Shown piece after piece: positions 1-9,083 of a stretch of DNA of 52,994 bases (its first letter is position 1; each line of letters begins with the position of its first letter). Origin of the DNA: a virus. Lineage: Duplodnaviria > Caudoviricetes. Below the pieces are notes generated by a model, which was not told the DNA's origin, did no database searches, and saw only the letters and a program-made list of their open reading frames with translations. The position numbers and the translations under genes were made by a program. The DNA lies in the IMG/VR virus record IMGVR_UViG_3300034104_003611, positions 1-52,994 of that record. One strand, written 5' to 3'.

Positions 1-13
1 GGTGTTTCGCAGG
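1..13 (+). repeat. 13-bp terminal direct repeat GGTGTTTCGCAGG, left copy (candidate cos end or circular overlap)
   Basis: Identical to 52982-52994; lies directly upstream of the operon carrying the GpA-type terminase. Confidence 0.85.
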
Positions 14-34
14 CACACGCAAACGCCAGCGTCT

Positions 35-127
35 CGCCTATCGGGTAGGTTTCCCGCGAATCCCCGCCTATTCGTTGGAAACCGGTGGATCGGCGCCCCT
101 ATAGTTTCCACTGAACGGTTTCCACTG
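35..127. promoter_or_regulatory. cosB-like / late promoter region with short repeats
   Basis: GTTTCCACTG at 104-113 and 118-127, GGTTTCC near 48, inverted GGAAACC at 77-83, CGCCTAT at 35 and 65, and a -10-like TATAGT at 100-105. Confidence 0.45.
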
Positions 128-138
128 GGTAATTCGGG

Positions 139-891
139 ATGAGATCTACCCTGACGCCCGCCATGGCGAAGCGCATTGAGCTATGGCCTGTCAGCAAACT
201 CGTCGCCTACGACAAGAACCCCCGCACCCACAGCCGTGCGCAGGTCTCCCAGCTGGCGGCGTCCATCGTGGAGTTCGGGTTCATCAACCCGATCCTGGTG
301 GACAGCGATGCCGGGATGATTGCGGGGCACGGCCGGTTGGCCGCGGCCAAGGAGCTGGGCCTGACGGAGGTGCCGGTGGTGGTCTTGGACCACCTCTCGC
401 AGGCGCAGAAGCGGGCCTACGTCATCGCGGACAACAAGCTGGCGGAGCTGGCCGGTTGGGACATGGACCTGCTGGCCGGCGAGATGGCCGACCTGCGCGA
501 CTTTGACTTTGACCTGGAGCTGACCGGCTTCTCGGATGCGGAGCTGGGCGGCCTGCTGGACGACCTGGACACCAACGTCCCCACGCCGGTGTTCAACGCT
601 CCGGTGCCCACCATGCCGGCCGCGGCTGGCGCCTCGCCCATCCCTTCAGCTGACACCACGGCGGCCGTTCCTCCCGCCGCTCCCGCCAGCTACGGGGATG
701 AGGATGAGGATGAGGAGGATGACACGTTCACCCTCCCGCCAGCCGCGACCCGCGTGGTGCAGCTGTTCATGAGCCTGGACCAGCACACTGAGTGGGGGCG
801 GATGGTTGACCGCCTGAACAAGCACTACGGCACCAGCAATCAGACCGACTGCGTGTTCGCGGCGCTGAAGGATGTGCTGGAGGGCCTGTGA
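139..891 (+). CDS. ParB/Srx N-terminal domain protein with acidic linker and small C-terminal domain; no methyltransferase domain
   Basis: ParBc motifs NPRTH, SIVEFGFINPILVD, IAGHGRLAAA and AYVIADNKL. Confidence 0.88.
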   Translation: MRSTLTPAMAKRIELWPVSKLVAYDKNPRTHSRAQVSQLAASIVEFGFINPILVDSDAGMIAGHGRLAAAKELGLTEVPVVVLDHLSQAQKRAYVIADNKLAELAGWDMDLLAGEMADLRDFDFDLELTGFSDAELGGLLDDLDTNVPTPVFNAPVPTMPAAAGASPIPSADTTAAVPPAAPASYGDEDEDEEDDTFTLPPAATRVVQLFMSLDQHTEWGRMVDRLNKHYGTSNQTDCVFAALKDVLEGL

Positions 892-1793
892 AGATCCTGA
901 CCGCTCCTGTTGAGCTCCCCGATGAGGAGGTGGACCACCTGGCTGGTCACTTCCTGACCCCGGAGCACTACGACCTGCTGGTGGAGGGCGAGAGCTGCCG
1001 GGTGAACAAGCCTGACGGCTCCCCCCTCCTGGTCTACGTCCGCAACGCCATCCCAACGGAGCTGGGCGCCGCGGCCTACGGGATCCTGACGGACACCATC
1101 GACTACGGCGACCAGGGGAGCCGCAACCGCGGCATCGCCGGTGGGTATGACGAGAACGGCAACCTGGCGGTCTACCGGCCCACGCTGAAGGGCACCCGGA
1201 GCAACACCCGCGTGTCAGCCAATCCGGTGCGCAGCGCGATCATCGGCTACTTCGACCGGTACACCCGGATGCCGTTCTGCCGGCTGTGCAACTACACACG
1301 GGACAACCCGGAGCAGTGGGCGGCGCTCCAGCCCTACATCCGGCACGTGGACCGGGTGTTCGCGGAGCACCTACCGGAGCAGTACGCCAGGCAGCGGGAC
1401 ATTGCGGACCGCACCAGCCAGGACTTCGTGATCAAGGACACCGCCTTCACCACCATCACGGTGAATGAGAGCTGGCGGACCGCCACGCACAAGGATGCCG
1501 GGGACTTCCGCGATGGCTTCGGCGTGATGGCGTGCCTCACGTCCGGATCATTCCAGGGCGGCCACCTGGTCATGCCGAAGTACCGGGTGGGCGTGGCGCC
1601 TACGTCCTGTGACGTGCTGCTGTTTGACGTTCACCAGTGGCACGGCAACACCGCGATGGTGGGCAACCCCAAGCGGTTCCGCCGGCTCACGCAGGTGTTC
1701 TACTACCGCGAGAAGATGATCCACTGCGGCACCGCGGTGGAGGAGCTGGACCGGGCCAAGAACCGCAAGCCTGGTGACCCGCTGTGGGATTGA
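888..1793 (+). CDS. TET/JBP-family 2-oxoglutarate/Fe(II) dioxygenase
   Basis: FTTITVN strand, HxD motif (THKDAGD), distal His (DVHQWHGNT) and 2OG-binding Arg (RLTQVFYYRE); GTGA overlap with the ParB-like gene. Confidence 0.88.
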   Translation: MKILTAPVELPDEEVDHLAGHFLTPEHYDLLVEGESCRVNKPDGSPLLVYVRNAIPTELGAAAYGILTDTIDYGDQGSRNRGIAGGYDENGNLAVYRPTLKGTRSNTRVSANPVRSAIIGYFDRYTRMPFCRLCNYTRDNPEQWAALQPYIRHVDRVFAEHLPEQYARQRDIADRTSQDFVIKDTAFTTITVNESWRTATHKDAGDFRDGFGVMACLTSGSFQGGHLVMPKYRVGVAPTSCDVLLFDVHQWHGNTAMVGNPKRFRRLTQVFYYREKMIHCGTAVEELDRAKNRKPGDPLWD

Positions 1794-2878
1794 CCGAGCA
1801 GCTATCGGCGTTGCGACCGGGCCTGGACTTCCGGCTGCCGGAGCTCCGCAGGGGAGTGTTCCACCAGTTCTACCAATTCCACCTGAAGTACCGGGCGCAC
1901 CCGGGTGCCGTCTACTACGTGCTCCCCTTCCTGGCGGAGCAGCAGGGCTGGACGGCAGAGGAGGCGCTGTGGTTCGCCTTCCTCAATGGCAACACCCAGC
2001 ACCCCGTAACCAGCTGGATCCTCCACCGAAGGTTCCCGGGCCTGGATGCGGCGGAGCCGATGCTGGAGTGGTACCGGGAGAACTACGCCCGGTTGTCCTT
2101 TGACACGGACCGCCGGCACCACAAGAAGATGCTGCCGCAAGCGGTGGAGGGCTACCGCAAGCTGCTGCGCGGCCGCTCCCAGGCGGAGCTGTGGGGCGAG
2201 GCTGCGCAACGTGGCTTCCGGGGCATCTGGGAGGTGGCGACCGCCATCCCGTCCTTTGGCCGGCTGTCAGCGTTCAGCTTCAGCGAGTACCTGCGCATCA
2301 GCGGCGTGGCGTTCGACTGCGACACGCTGTTCCTGGATGACCGCTCCGGCTCCAAGTCACACCGCAACGGCCTGTGCAAGGTGCTGGGGCGTGACGACCT
2401 GGACTGGCACTCCAGCAACCCGGGCTTTGACGGGACCTACTCCCGCGGCACGCTGAACTGGCTGGAGGTGGAGGGCGCAAGGATCCTGGAGGAGGCCCGG
2501 GAGCTGGCTGCCGGCACCGACTACGAGCGCGACGTGAGCTACTTCACGCTGGAGTCGGCGCTGTGCACCTACAAGTCCTGGCACCGGGTGAACCGGCGCT
2601 ACCCCAACGTCTACAACGACATGTTCCATGACCGGATTCGGGCCACTCAGGCCCGCTGGCCCGGGGAGGATTTGGGCGTGTTCTGGGATGCGCGGCGCCG
2701 CTACCTCCCGGATTACCTGCGGCTGGAGGACAACCCGCACGACCCCGGCTGCGTCCCGCTCAAGCAGAACCATTACCGGCTGACCGGCCAAGTAATCATG
2801 ATGGACCGCGACTACCCCGAGTTCCGCAACGACTTCAACGATGCGGTGCGTGACCGGGTCTTCCCCCGCTGGAGGTAG
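1784..2878 (+). CDS. Amino acid:DNA transferase (aGPT-Pplase2 family, HhH-glycosylase-like fold)
   Basis: Motifs FDTDRRH, FGRLSAFSFSEYL, GSKSHRNGL and FTLESALCTYKS..RRYPNVYND; context between TET and PLP/kinase genes. Confidence 0.8.
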   Translation: MGLTEQLSALRPGLDFRLPELRRGVFHQFYQFHLKYRAHPGAVYYVLPFLAEQQGWTAEEALWFAFLNGNTQHPVTSWILHRRFPGLDAAEPMLEWYRENYARLSFDTDRRHHKKMLPQAVEGYRKLLRGRSQAELWGEAAQRGFRGIWEVATAIPSFGRLSAFSFSEYLRISGVAFDCDTLFLDDRSGSKSHRNGLCKVLGRDDLDWHSSNPGFDGTYSRGTLNWLEVEGARILEEARELAAGTDYERDVSYFTLESALCTYKSWHRVNRRYPNVYNDMFHDRIRATQARWPGEDLGVFWDARRRYLPDYLRLEDNPHDPGCVPLKQNHYRLTGQVIMMDRDYPEFRNDFNDAVRDRVFPRWR

Positions 2879-2882
2879 ACCC

Positions 2883-3929
2883 ATGCGCACCATCTTCCCG
2901 GTTCAGTCCCTCGCCCGCTCCCAGGTGCGGTGGGAGGAGTACCTGAACAACCTCACGCCCATCACCCGCGTGAACGGCCGCGCATACAAGCGCGAGGATT
3001 TCTTCGCCCCGCTGGGCTACGGCGGCATCAACGGCTCCAAGCTCCGCCAGCTGGTCTACCTGGTGGACCGCTACCGGCGGCAAGGCGGCCGTGCCGGCCT
3101 GATCACTGGGGCCTCCGTGCTCAGCCCGCAGATCAGCATGGCCGCGCTGGTGGCTGCGCACTATGAGCTGCCGGCGCTGATGGTGCTGGGCGGCAGCAAG
3201 CCCGAAACGTCCATCAAGCACGAGAACGTCGCCATCGCTGCTCGAGCCGGCGCCACCTTCAGCTACGTGCCGGTGGGCTTCAACCCAACGCTCCAGCGGT
3301 CCGTGGGCAAGCTGGCCCAGGAGCCGCAGCTCAAGGACTATTTCCGCCTCCACTACGGCATCACCACCCCGGAAGCGGCCGCGGCCTGGGATGTGGCGGA
3401 GTTCCATGCGGTGGGCGCCCCACAGGCCCGGAACATCCCGGACGACATTGAGCACCTGATCATGCCGGCTGGCTCGTGCAACTCCTGCACGTCCGTCCTG
3501 CTGGGAATCGCCACGCACCGGCCCAAGGCGCTCCGCAAGGTGACGCTGCTGGGGATCGGTCCCACCCGGCTCCGGTGGATTGAGCAGCGGATGGAGAGCA
3601 TCTACCAGGCGTCCGGCGTGGACGTGATGGGCCTGTTCCGCCCCCGCTACCACCAGCACCCGGAGCTGGAGCCGGCGCACCGCGGTGATGCGCCCTACGA
3701 GCTGGAGCACTACGACCTCCACTCCACCGGCTACGTGAAGTACGCCGACAAGAAGCCGTTCAACCTGGATGGGATTGATTTCCACCCGACCTACGAGGGC
3801 AAGTGCCTCACCTACATGGCGGAGCACCGGGACACGTTCTCGGAGTGGTGGGAGGGCGACGGCAAGACCCTGTTCTGGATCGTCGGCTCCAAGCCCACCG
3901 CCGGCGCCATGACCCGCCACCTTCAGTGA
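2883..3929 (+). CDS. PLP-dependent enzyme (fold type II, ACC deaminase/D-Cys desulfhydrase-like), probable decarboxylase of an amino-acid-modified base
   Basis: YKREDFF..GGINGSKLRQ (Schiff-base Lys), PAGSCNS phosphate loop and FHPTYEGK; ATG at 2883 follows the upstream stop. Confidence 0.82.
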   Translation: MRTIFPVQSLARSQVRWEEYLNNLTPITRVNGRAYKREDFFAPLGYGGINGSKLRQLVYLVDRYRRQGGRAGLITGASVLSPQISMAALVAAHYELPALMVLGGSKPETSIKHENVAIAARAGATFSYVPVGFNPTLQRSVGKLAQEPQLKDYFRLHYGITTPEAAAAWDVAEFHAVGAPQARNIPDDIEHLIMPAGSCNSCTSVLLGIATHRPKALRKVTLLGIGPTRLRWIEQRMESIYQASGVDVMGLFRPRYHQHPELEPAHRGDAPYELEHYDLHSTGYVKYADKKPFNLDGIDFHPTYEGKCLTYMAEHRDTFSEWWEGDGKTLFWIVGSKPTAGAMTRHLQ

Positions 3930-3930
3930 G

Positions 3931-4464
3931 ATGGAGCTGCTGTACCTGATTGGCCCGCCGGGAGCGGGCAAGACCACGCTGCTGGAGAACGCATTGGCGG
4001 GCCGTGAGCGGATTGAGCGGGACAAGCCGCTGGCGCATGAGGAGCTCCCGGAGCTGAATGCCGCCATCCTTGGCCGCCGCCGGCCGCCATTCGGCGGAAC
4101 CGACACGCTCCCCATGAACATCGCCCGCACGGCCGAGAGCTGGATCCGCTCCCGTCCGTTCCAGCTGGTGATTGGTGAGGGTGACCGGCTGGCCTACCCC
4201 GCGTTCTTCACCGCTGCGGTGGAGGCCGGCTACCAGCTCCGGCTGATCTACCTGGGCCTCCCGTCCAAGACTGCTGCGGAGCGGCGTGCTGCCCGGGCGC
4301 ACCAGCACGGCACCGGGCTTCAGAATCCACAGTGGGTAACGGGCCGGGTGACCAAGGCGCAACGCATCGCGCAGGAGTGGGGAGCGGTGATGATCTACGC
4401 CTCGCAGTCGCCGGAAGCCATGACCCGTGAACTGCTGGACGCCGTACCGGCGCTGCGTGCATGA
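3931..4464 (+). CDS. P-loop kinase, probable 5-hydroxymethyl-pyrimidine DNA kinase
   Basis: Walker A GPPGAGKTT, then GGTDTLPM and IGEGDRL; context in a base-modification operon. Confidence 0.78.
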   Translation: MELLYLIGPPGAGKTTLLENALAGRERIERDKPLAHEELPELNAAILGRRRPPFGGTDTLPMNIARTAESWIRSRPFQLVIGEGDRLAYPAFFTAAVEAGYQLRLIYLGLPSKTAAERRAARAHQHGTGLQNPQWVTGRVTKAQRIAQEWGAVMIYASQSPEAMTRELLDAVPALRA

Positions 4465-5138
4465 GTGAACCCCTCAGCCTGCGCGGCTTTGCCGAATCCC
4501 TGGACCCGCCGGTGTCGCACACCGCGGTGCGCAAGGCGATTGAGGCCGGCCACATCCCGCCAGAGGCGCTGATCTACGACGACAAGGGCCACCGCAAGAT
4601 CGCGGACCCGGAGCTGGCCGCACGGTCGTGGAAAAAGAGCGTGCTGCCCTACGACCGCGGCCGCGGCAAGAAGCTGGGCCCGAAGCCGGATGAAGCGCAG
4701 CCACCGGAGCGGTTTGACTCCGCCGAGGAGCGTGCGCTGAGCCGGGAGCTCCTGGCGGAGGAGCGCGAGGAGCTGCCCGAGGAGCCCGAGGAGGTGGAGC
4801 AACGGGCGGCCGCCAGCGTCCCATCCACGCAGGATGCGGTGCCGCCCTACGCCCGCTCTCGCGCCATCCGGGAGGCATTCGCAGCTCAGATGGCCAAGCT
4901 GGAGTATCAGGAGCGTGCTGGGCAGCTGGTCTCCGCCAATGAGGTGAAGATCAAGTGGTTCGGTGAAGCCCGCCGGATCCGTGATGCACTGCTGAACGTC
5001 CCCGCACGCATCACCGACCAGCTGGCCGGATTGGTGGGCGAGGTCTCACCCGAGAAGCGGCACGCAATCCTGCTGCTGCTCCAACAGGAGCTCAATGTCG
5101 TATTGGAGGAACTGAGCGATGGTGCTGGCGAACGCTGA
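4461..5138 (+). CDS. terS: Terminase small subunit (Nu1-like)
   Basis: N-terminal HTH-like SLRGFA..VSHTAVRKAI; C-terminal AKLEYQERAGQLV..RDALLNVPAR; overlaps terL. Confidence 0.8.
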   Translation: MSEPLSLRGFAESLDPPVSHTAVRKAIEAGHIPPEALIYDDKGHRKIADPELAARSWKKSVLPYDRGRGKKLGPKPDEAQPPERFDSAEERALSRELLAEEREELPEEPEEVEQRAAASVPSTQDAVPPYARSRAIREAFAAQMAKLEYQERAGQLVSANEVKIKWFGEARRIRDALLNVPARITDQLAGLVGEVSPEKRHAILLLLQQELNVVLEELSDGAGER

Positions 5139-6990
5139 CCGTGATCTGGTCCCCAGCTTTCGCGCTGGGCTACGCCCCGACCCCATCTTGACCGTGAGCG
5201 AGTGGGCGGATGAGCACAGGATGCTCTCCCAGCGGGCATCGGCGGAGCCGGGCAAGTGGCGCACGGAGCGCACGCCGTTCCTGCGCGAGATCATGGACTG
5301 CCTCAGCACCACCTCCCCCGTTCAGCGGGTGGTGTTCATGGCGGGTGCGCAGGTCGGCAAGACGGAGTGCGGCAACAACTGGCTGGGTTACATCATTGAC
5401 GCCACGCCGGGACCGTCGTTGTGCGTGATGCCGACGGTGGACATCGCCAAGCGGTTCTCCAAGCAACGCCTCAACCCGCTGATTGAGGAGTGTCCGCGGC
5501 TCCGGGAGCGGGTGCGGCCGCCGCGTGAACGGGACAGCGGCAACAGCCTCTTCAGCAAGGAGTTCCCCGGTGGGATCTTGATGATCGGCGGGGCCAACTC
5601 CGGTGCGGGCCTCCGCTCCATGCCCATCAAGAACCTGTTCTGTGATGAGGTGGACGCCTACCCGGTGGACCTGGACGGTGAAGGTGACCCGGTGAGCCTG
5701 GCGGAACGCCGCACCACCACCTTCAGCCGGCGCAAGGTGTTCCTGTGTTCCACCCCAACCATCAAGGACTTCAGCCGGATTGAGGCGGAATACCTGGCCA
5801 GCGATCAGCGGCGGTACTTCGTCCCGTGCCCGGACTGCGGCCACATGCAGTGGCTCCAGTTCAGCAACATCCGCTGGCACGACGACGACCCCAAGACCGC
5901 GGCCTACTGCTGCGAGGAATGCGGCGTGCTCATCCCCGAGCGCCACAAGACGGAGATGCTGGCCAAGGGTGAATGGCGGGCTACCGCTCCGTCAGACGGC
6001 ACCACCGCCGGCTTCCACCTCAGCTCCCTCTACTCCCCCCTGGGCTGGAAGAGCTGGGCGGACATTGTGGCGGAGTTCATGAAGGCCAAGTCCGACGCGC
6101 CGATGCTCAAGACCTGGATCAACACCGTCTTGGGCGAGACCTTTGAGGACAACTACGCCAACAAGGTGGGCGCGTCCGCGCTGCTGGAGCGGGTGGAGCT
6201 GTACGAGCCACGGGTGGTGCCGGATGGCGGCCTGGCGCTCACTGTGGGCGTGGACGTTCAGGACAACCGCTTGGCCGTGTCCGTCTGGGCATGGGGCCGC
6301 GAGGAGGAGGGCTGGCTGGTTGATCACCAGGAGATCTACGGCGACCCCGGGCGGCCGGAGCTGTGGCGGCAGCTGGATGAGATCATCCTGGAACCATTCC
6401 CGCACGCCAGCGGCAGCACCCTGCTGCCGGATGTGGTCTGCATCGACTCCGGCGGTCACTTCACCCATGAGGTCTACCAGTACGCCCGGGAGCGGCGCAG
6501 CCAAGGCGTCATCCCCATCAAAGGCGCCAACACCCGCAACAAGCCGGTGATTGGCAAGCCCAGCAAGGTGGACGTGAATGCCCGCGGCCGGGTGTTGAAG
6601 GGTGGAGTGGAGCTCTACACCGTGGGCACGGACACCGCGAAGGTGACGCTGTTCGGCCGGCTGAAGCACAACGAGCCCGGCGCCGGCTACCTCCACTTCC
6701 ACAACGCCTGCACGGAGGAGTATTTCGCGCAGCTGACCTCTGAGAAGCAGCAGGTGCGGTTCGTGCGCGGCTTCGCCATCCGGGAGTTCGTCAAGAAGCC
6801 GAGCGAGCGGAACGAGGCACTGGACACGCTGGTCTACGCCTATGCCGGATTGAATCGCATGTACCAGCTAAGAGATCGCAGAACTATCTGGGATCAGCTG
6901 GAAAAACGCATAAAAGCGCCAGTAGAGAAGCGGCGGCCGTCATCGCTAAGATCAGGAGGAGCTCAGCGCAGCTTCGTCCGCAACTGGTGA
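5119..6990 (+). CDS. terL: Terminase large subunit, lambda GpA family
   Basis: TVSEWAD, AQVGKTE, DEVDAYP, STPT, CPDC/CEEC zinc motif, GVDVQ, IDSGG and RNEALD. Confidence 0.96.
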   Translation: MVLANADRDLVPSFRAGLRPDPILTVSEWADEHRMLSQRASAEPGKWRTERTPFLREIMDCLSTTSPVQRVVFMAGAQVGKTECGNNWLGYIIDATPGPSLCVMPTVDIAKRFSKQRLNPLIEECPRLRERVRPPRERDSGNSLFSKEFPGGILMIGGANSGAGLRSMPIKNLFCDEVDAYPVDLDGEGDPVSLAERRTTTFSRRKVFLCSTPTIKDFSRIEAEYLASDQRRYFVPCPDCGHMQWLQFSNIRWHDDDPKTAAYCCEECGVLIPERHKTEMLAKGEWRATAPSDGTTAGFHLSSLYSPLGWKSWADIVAEFMKAKSDAPMLKTWINTVLGETFEDNYANKVGASALLERVELYEPRVVPDGGLALTVGVDVQDNRLAVSVWAWGREEEGWLVDHQEIYGDPGRPELWRQLDEIILEPFPHASGSTLLPDVVCIDSGGHFTHEVYQYARERRSQGVIPIKGANTRNKPVIGKPSKVDVNARGRVLKGGVELYTVGTDTAKVTLFGRLKHNEPGAGYLHFHNACTEEYFAQLTSEKQQVRFVRGFAIREFVKKPSERNEALDTLVYAYAGLNRMYQLRDRRTIWDQLEKRIKAPVEKRRPSSLRSGGAQRSFVRNW

Positions 6991-6993
6991 GCC

Positions 6994-7578
6994 GTGAAGA
7001 TCCCATCGCAACTACGGGCCGGCGACACCATCAAGTGGCTGGACCCGCCCATGCAGGATGCGCTGGGCAATCCCATCAGCAACACCACGCACGCGCTGAC
7101 CTACTACCTCCGCTTCAACGCCGCGTCTGAAGGCGTGACGGTGGTGGCCACCACCAGCGGCAGTGATTGGCTGTCCACCATCCCCGCCAACACCTCCGCC
7201 GGGATGGATGCTGGCACCTGGTACTTCCAGGCGCAGGCCACCGCACTGATTGGCGCCGAGAAGGTCACACTGGGCGCCGGGCAGGTGACGGTGCTGCCCA
7301 GCCTGTCCTACGCCGGCTCCCCCGCGGCGTTTGATGGCCGCTCCCAGGCGCAGAAGGACCTGGAGACCGTTGAGGCTGCTATCCGCTCCCTCAGCTCCGG
7401 CGGTGGCGTTCAGGAGTACCGCATCGGCACCCGGTCCCTGAAACGCTACGACCTGGGTGAGCTCCTCGTGCTCCGCGACAGACTGAAGGCACAAGTGGTC
7501 CGGGAGCAGAAGGCGAACATGATCGCCAACGGCCTGGGCAACCCCCACTCCGTCTTCATTCGCTTCGGTAACCGCTGA
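6994..7578 (+). CDS. Head completion/joining protein (gpW-like C-terminus with an extra N-terminal beta domain)
   Basis: Lies between terL and portal; QEYRIGTRSLKRYDLGEL. Confidence 0.65.
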   Translation: MKIPSQLRAGDTIKWLDPPMQDALGNPISNTTHALTYYLRFNAASEGVTVVATTSGSDWLSTIPANTSAGMDAGTWYFQAQATALIGAEKVTLGAGQVTVLPSLSYAGSPAAFDGRSQAQKDLETVEAAIRSLSSGGGVQEYRIGTRSLKRYDLGELLVLRDRLKAQVVREQKANMIANGLGNPHSVFIRFGNR

Positions 7579-9083
7579 TGGGCCTCCGCACTCGGTTGAT
7601 GCAAGCCTTCGGCTTCGGGCCGGCGAAGGAACCGCGCAAGCCCCGCCGGCGCATGTACCAAGGCGCCCGGATCACCCGGCTGACGAGTGATTGGTTCACG
7701 GCGCAAACCTCCGCCGACGCCGAGATCCGCACCAGCATCCGCCTGCTGCGTGACCGCTCCCGCCAGCTGGTCCGGGACAACCCCTACGCACGCCAGGCCA
7801 AGCGCACCACCCAGATCAACGTGGTGGGCCACGGCATCAAGATGCAGGCGCAGGTGCCGATGCTGCGCGGCAAGAAGCTGGATCAGCGGCTCAATGGCGT
7901 GATTGAAACGTCCTGGGAGCGGTGGTGCCGCTCAGATTCCTGCGACGTGGCCGGCGTCAACAGCTTCAACTCCTTTGAAAACCTGATTGCCGGTGCTCTG
8001 CCCGAGTCCGGCGAGATCATCTTCAGGATCGTCCGGCGCAAGTTCGGCCGCAGCAAGGTCCCCATCGCCCTGGAGGTGATTGAGAGCGACCTGCTGGACG
8101 AGGAATACGCCGGCCCAACCTCCGGCAAGGGCCGTGAGTGGCGCATGGGCGTGGAGATTGATGAATGGGGCCGTCCGCTCCGCTATGCCTTCCGCACCCG
8201 TCACCCCGGTGACTACTGGTTCCAAGGCGCTGACCAGGAGAACGTCCGGCACGAGTTCCTCCCTGCCGCGGACGTGATCCACCTGTTCCTTCGTGAGCGC
8301 CCCGGGCAAAACCGCGGTGTGCCCTGGTTCGCGTCGGTGATGGATGACGCGCACCAGCTCCAGGGCTACGAGCAGGCTGCCGTGGTCCGTGCCCGGGCCG
8401 CCAGCTCCCTGATGGGCTTCATCACCACCCCTGAAGGTGAGCTCCAGGCGGATGACGTGGAGGATGGTGAGCGCATCCAGGAGTTTGAGCCTGGCGTGTT
8501 CCGCTACCTGGACCCGGGCCAGCAAATCACCATCCCTAACCTCTCGGCTCCGGACAGCCAGTACGAAATGTTCATCCGCGCCAAGGCCCGCCGGTTCGCC
8601 GCGGGCTTCGGCTGCTCCTACGAGACCCTCAGCCGCGACTTCAGCGAAACCAACTACTCCAGCTCCCGGCTGAGCCTGCTGGAGGACCGTGATCACTGGC
8701 GCGTGATCCAGGGCTACCTGATTGAGAACTTCCACCAGCGGGTGTTTGAGGCGTGGCTGGATGCTGCGGTGCTCTCCGGCGCCCTGGAGCTCCCCGACTA
8801 CGAGCTCCGTCCCGAGCGGTACGACCGTCCCCGCTGGCAGGCCCGCGGCTGGAGCTGGGTGGACCCGCTCAAGGAGGTCCAAGCCTTCCGGGAGGCGGAG
8901 GCGGCCGGCTACCTCACCAAGTCACAGATCGTCGCGCAGCTTGGCGCGGACCTGGACGACAACCTCCAGCAGCTGGCGCAAGAGCAACAGCTGGCCCTGG
9001 ACCTCGGCCTCATGCTGGATGCGGACAAGAAGCCCGCACCGCCGGCTCCCGCTCCCGCCCGCACGGCTGAACCGGAGGCCTGA
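7578..9083 (+). CDS. Portal protein, lambda family
   Basis: LRDRSRQLVRDNPYA, RPGQNRGVPWF, NYSSSRL and WVDPLKE. Confidence 0.95.
   Translation: MGLRTRLMQAFGFGPAKEPRKPRRRMYQGARITRLTSDWFTAQTSADAEIRTSIRLLRDRSRQLVRDNPYARQAKRTTQINVVGHGIKMQAQVPMLRGKKLDQRLNGVIETSWERWCRSDSCDVAGVNSFNSFENLIAGALPESGEIIFRIVRRKFGRSKVPIALEVIESDLLDEEYAGPTSGKGREWRMGVEIDEWGRPLRYAFRTRHPGDYWFQGADQENVRHEFLPAADVIHLFLRERPGQNRGVPWFASVMDDAHQLQGYEQAAVVRARAASSLMGFITTPEGELQADDVEDGERIQEFEPGVFRYLDPGQQITIPNLSAPDSQYEMFIRAKARRFAAGFGCSYETLSRDFSETNYSSSRLSLLEDRDHWRVIQGYLIENFHQRVFEAWLDAAVLSGALELPDYELRPERYDRPRWQARGWSWVDPLKEVQAFREAEAAGYLTKSQIVAQLGADLDDNLQQLAQEQQLALDLGLMLDADKKPAPPAPAPARTAEPEA

Noticed and set aside
696-723. (GATGAG)n microsatellite
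   Set aside because: In-frame coding of an acidic linker (DEDEDEEDD); no sign of phase variation.
2883-3929. PLP enzyme as an auxiliary metabolic ACC deaminase or cysteine desulfhydrase
   Set aside because: Its position between the DNA transferase and the kinase fits base modification better.
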